Positions 61,250 to 64,000 of a stretch of DNA of 64,000 nucleotides are shown here, one piece after another; the first letter of the stretch is position 1, and each line of letters starts with the position of its first letter. The DNA is from an uncultured Verrucomicrobiae bacterium (lineage in GTDB: Bacteria > Verrucomicrobiota > Verrucomicrobiia > Opitutales > JABDGR01). The notes beneath the pieces were generated by a model that worked only from the letters and a program-made list of their open reading frames with translations, had not been told where the DNA came from and ran no database searches. A program made the position numbers and the translations under genes. Location of the stretch: contig CAVXVB010000007.1 of the NCBI GenBank assembly GCA_963765205.1, positions 64,001-128,000 on the forward strand, given 5' to 3'.

Positions 61250-63388
61250 TCAGGGCGGGCTGGTCGAACTTCGCTGCGGCAGGGTTCCGGCGGTCGGCGT
61301 GGCCGCGAAGGCCAGCGGCGAAATTGTCGCCGTCGGTTGCATCGCCGGCGCGGCGGAGATCTTGGTGCCGTCGGGTTTATACAAGGAATTCAATTCGAGG
61401 CGCAGGTAATCATACATGATGCCGTTGGTGAGGGGGCCGGCGCGGATGGTGAGCTGGATGTTGTTGTCGCCGGCCTTGAGCATTCCGGCGTCAAAGGTCA
61501 CGTCGCGCTCGGTCCAATAGCCGCCGATGCTGTCGCGGCTGGTGGCGTTGATGTAGCGCAGGCGGTTGACAGTGGTGACGGCCTGGCTGTTGGCGGCGAC
61601 GTTAATGACGGTGTTGTTGCCTGCCCCGCAAATCGCTAGGCGCAGGATCGCCGAGCCGACCGGCGCGGTGTCGAGGTGGAAATTGATGGTCCAGGTGGTG
61701 GCGCGGCCCTGGGTATCGCTATTGGCGCCGTCGAAGCTCTCGACGTGCGGCACCTGCTCGAAGAACCAGTCTTTTTTATAATCACTTTTTCCGATGGTGT
61801 AATTTACGTCGTTGGGGAAGAGCTTGGCATACTGGATATACCAGCCCCAGTGCCAGAAGTTGTCGCCGTCGAGGAACTCCGAGCCGAAGCGGTTGGGGAT
61901 GCCGATGTCCCAGACTTGGGTGCCGTAGCGCACGGGCTGCCAGTTGAGTTTGCCGAGATCGAGGGTCTGGCCTTCGGCGAGGGTGACGTTAGCCTTGGCA
62001 TATTCGCCGAGGACGCCGTCGGCGATGGCGTGGAGTTCATAGGTGCCGGGCCGCACTTTCGGGATGGTGAACTGGCCGTTCTCGTCGCCGCGGACCCAAA
62101 ACTCATAGTGCTTGGCGTCCTTCTGCCAGTCCTGGCCGCTGTCGTCGGTAGTTTCATCGGGATAGGTGAGGCCCACAAAAAGGTTCGGCAGCCTGGTCGT
62201 TTTCGCCTGCGGGTCGTTGAGCACGAGCTGGCCGGTGACGGTGGCGCGCTGGGCGGCGTGCGGGTAATCCACGCCGTTGACCCACTCGTAGGGCCACGCG
62301 GTGTTTTCCTTCTGCGCCTGCTGGAGGGCGTCAAGGAAGAGGGCGTTCGAGTTGTCCGCGACGTCGGCCGAGGGCTGCGCGACGGAATTGCAATAGAGAT
62401 AAATCGGGCCGACGACCTTGCTCCAGACCTCACCGGCGGCGACGTTGCAGTTGCAGCCGCCGTAGTGGGTGCCTTTCCAGTAGTCGAGGATGAGCGGGTC
62501 GCCGCCGGTATTGTCGTCGAGGTGGCAATCTAGTTCGTCCTTGGTGACGCCGCCGCCGAGGAATTCAATGGTGGGGTTGATGAACCAGAAGCCGAGGTGC
62601 TGCTTGGTGCTCGACCAGCCGAAGGCGGGGGTGAAGAACTGGTAGCCGCAGTAATCGTATTTGTGTTCGACCTGGCCCTGGTGGATGCCGGTGTTGAGGT
62701 AGCGCGCCTCCTTCATGCCGCCCATCTGCGTGCCGGCGTCCCAGTCCGCGCTGGTCGCCATGAGCAAATTGCGGTTTGCGTCCACGCTCAGCCAGTCGAA
62801 AATCGCGGGGTTGAGTTTCGTGCCGTAGCGGTTTTCGCCCATGGAGGCGCCGCCCATGTCGGCGGTGTGCGAGTAAATGGCGTAAGTGTAAACGCCGCTT
62901 TCGCCGCGGCCCATCGCATAGCGCACTTCCTGAATGAAGTTGCCGCTCGGGCCTTTGACGGAAACCTCGGCGCGCGCGCCGGCGTTGCTGGCCGGGTCAA
63001 TTGTCACGGAGGCGACTGCGCGGCTGGGGTTGGTTTCCCAATAACCGGCGGGCACGCCGGAGTTGTGGCCCATCAAATCCAGGCCGTGATACATGAGCGT
63101 CGTCATATGGCCGTTCGATTTGCTGATGGTCGCGGTGACGACGCCGTTGCTGAGGACGTAGTTTTGCGCGTCCTGCGTAATCGTCACCGGCTGGCTGACG
63201 ACGGGCGCGATGGCGGGGAGCTGGCCGAGATGGGGAATCGGCGGGACGGGAATGCCGGGCACGGCGGGCTGGGGCAGCGGCCCGGAGTAAGCGGCGGGAG
63301 TAGATTGGGCGGCGAGGGTGGCTGCGCCAAAAAGGGCGGCGATGGAAATTAGGAACAAAACACGAAGGTAACTGAACGGGAATTTCAT
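61250..63388 (-). CDS. Second secreted rhamnogalacturonan lyase (PL4)
   Basis: Paralog of 32572-34740: VEHKYDY, FWFINPTIEFLGGG, VRPGTYEL, YDYLRLE. Confidence 0.85.
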   Translation of the reverse strand: MKFPFSYLRVLFLISIAALFGAATLAAQSTPAAYSGPLPQPAVPGIPVPPIPHLGQLPAIAPVVSQPVTITQDAQNYVLSNGVVTATISKSNGHMTTLMYHGLDLMGHNSGVPAGYWETNPSRAVASVTIDPASNAGARAEVSVKGPSGNFIQEVRYAMGRGESGVYTYAIYSHTADMGGASMGENRYGTKLNPAIFDWLSVDANRNLLMATSADWDAGTQMGGMKEARYLNTGIHQGQVEHKYDYCGYQFFTPAFGWSSTKQHLGFWFINPTIEFLGGGVTKDELDCHLDDNTGGDPLILDYWKGTHYGGCNCNVAAGEVWSKVVGPIYLYCNSVAQPSADVADNSNALFLDALQQAQKENTAWPYEWVNGVDYPHAAQRATVTGQLVLNDPQAKTTRLPNLFVGLTYPDETTDDSGQDWQKDAKHYEFWVRGDENGQFTIPKVRPGTYELHAIADGVLGEYAKANVTLAEGQTLDLGKLNWQPVRYGTQVWDIGIPNRFGSEFLDGDNFWHWGWYIQYAKLFPNDVNYTIGKSDYKKDWFFEQVPHVESFDGANSDTQGRATTWTINFHLDTAPVGSAILRLAICGAGNNTVINVAANSQAVTTVNRLRYINATSRDSIGGYWTERDVTFDAGMLKAGDNNIQLTIRAGPLTNGIMYDYLRLELNSLYKPDGTKISAAPAMQPTATISPLAFAATPTAGTLPQRSSTSPP

Positions 63389-63519
63389 GGGGCAACGGGG
63401 GTGGGAAAAGATAATTGTAGTGCGGAGGCGGCGTCCGGCAAGCTTGCAGTGGAGCGGGTGAAATGGGGAGGGTGGAGTGGGGAGTGCAGCAGGGGTGATT
63501 GGGGTGCGAGGGGATTTGA

Positions 63520-63665
63520 GATTTCAGTTTTCAAAACTCAAAACTCAAAATGCAGAATGCAAAATGAAAAATGAGGAATGAGGAATGAGGAATGAGGAAG
63601 GCAGAATGTGAATCTTGAACTCGAAACTCGAAACCTGGAACCCGAAACCCGAAATCCGAAACTAA
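63520..63665. repeat. Intergenic chain of different heptamer arrays
   Basis: (CAAAACT)n, (AATGCAG/AATGCAA)n, (GAGGAAT)n and (CGAAACT/CGAAACC)n in succession. Confidence 0.85.
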
Positions 63666-63783
63666 CCCGCCCAATGGCCGCTCCCGGCCCTCGTTACCCG
63701 GCTTGGAGAGCAGGTGAACACCCCATGTGGGCAGGTCCGATTGCGGTTCTGTTGGGCGCGATTCGATGCGAGAATACGCGCGA

Positions 63784-64000
63784 ATGAAAAAGTACCCGCG
63801 CCCAACCCGCCGCCCCGGCCACCTTGTTGCCCAAATGCCGCACAGGCATCCAGGGCTTGGATGAAATCACCGGTGGCGGGTTGCCGCGCGGACGGCCCAC
63901 GCTGGTGTGCGGCGGCGCGGGTTGCGGCAAGACGCTCCTCGGCGCGGAGTTCCTCGTGCGCGGCGCGACGCTGTTCAATGAGCCGGGCGTGTTGATGGCC
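63784..64000 (+). CDS. kaiC: Circadian clock protein KaiC homolog (5' part)
   Basis: Manual translation: LPKCRTGIQGLDEITGGGLPRGRPTLVCGGAGCGKTLLGAEFLVRGATLFNEPGV. Confidence 0.85.

Overview
GC-rich bacterial chromosome segment, most likely Verrucomicrobiota (Opitutales-like, by inference from the tandem-duplicated UvrA, the Cys-poor FmdB-type protein, SHD1-like repeats and an ECF sigma factor with a long C-terminal extension). It carries housekeeping genes (ftsK, eno, uvrA, recQ, mnmE, mnmG, coaX, mgtA), a Gld-like ABC operon, two PL4 rhamnogalacturonan lyases, exeA/gspB-like genes and the start of kaiC. The strand composition flips from C-rich to G-rich between mnmE and mnmG, next to a DnaA box and two perfect parS palindromes, so the window probably spans oriC. 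The most unusual signal is a set of 7-, 8- and 9-bp-periodic repeat modules. They occur intergenically, often as inverted pairs, and also as long, mostly in-frame insertions inside uvrA, mnmE and mnmG; one mnmG insertion is bounded by a duplicated parS site. Accessory content includes a type II-like restriction-modification pair, a lower-GC three-gene TIGR04255 / unknown / ADP-ribosyltransferase-like cassette (candidate defence system), a BrnTA module whose toxin starts with ACG, a decayed IS630, a phage portal remnant and REP-like elements. About a dozen single-base frameshifts in otherwise intact genes suggest uncorrected long-read errors, so pseudogene calls are tentative. All family assignments come from motif recognition by eye; no searches were run.
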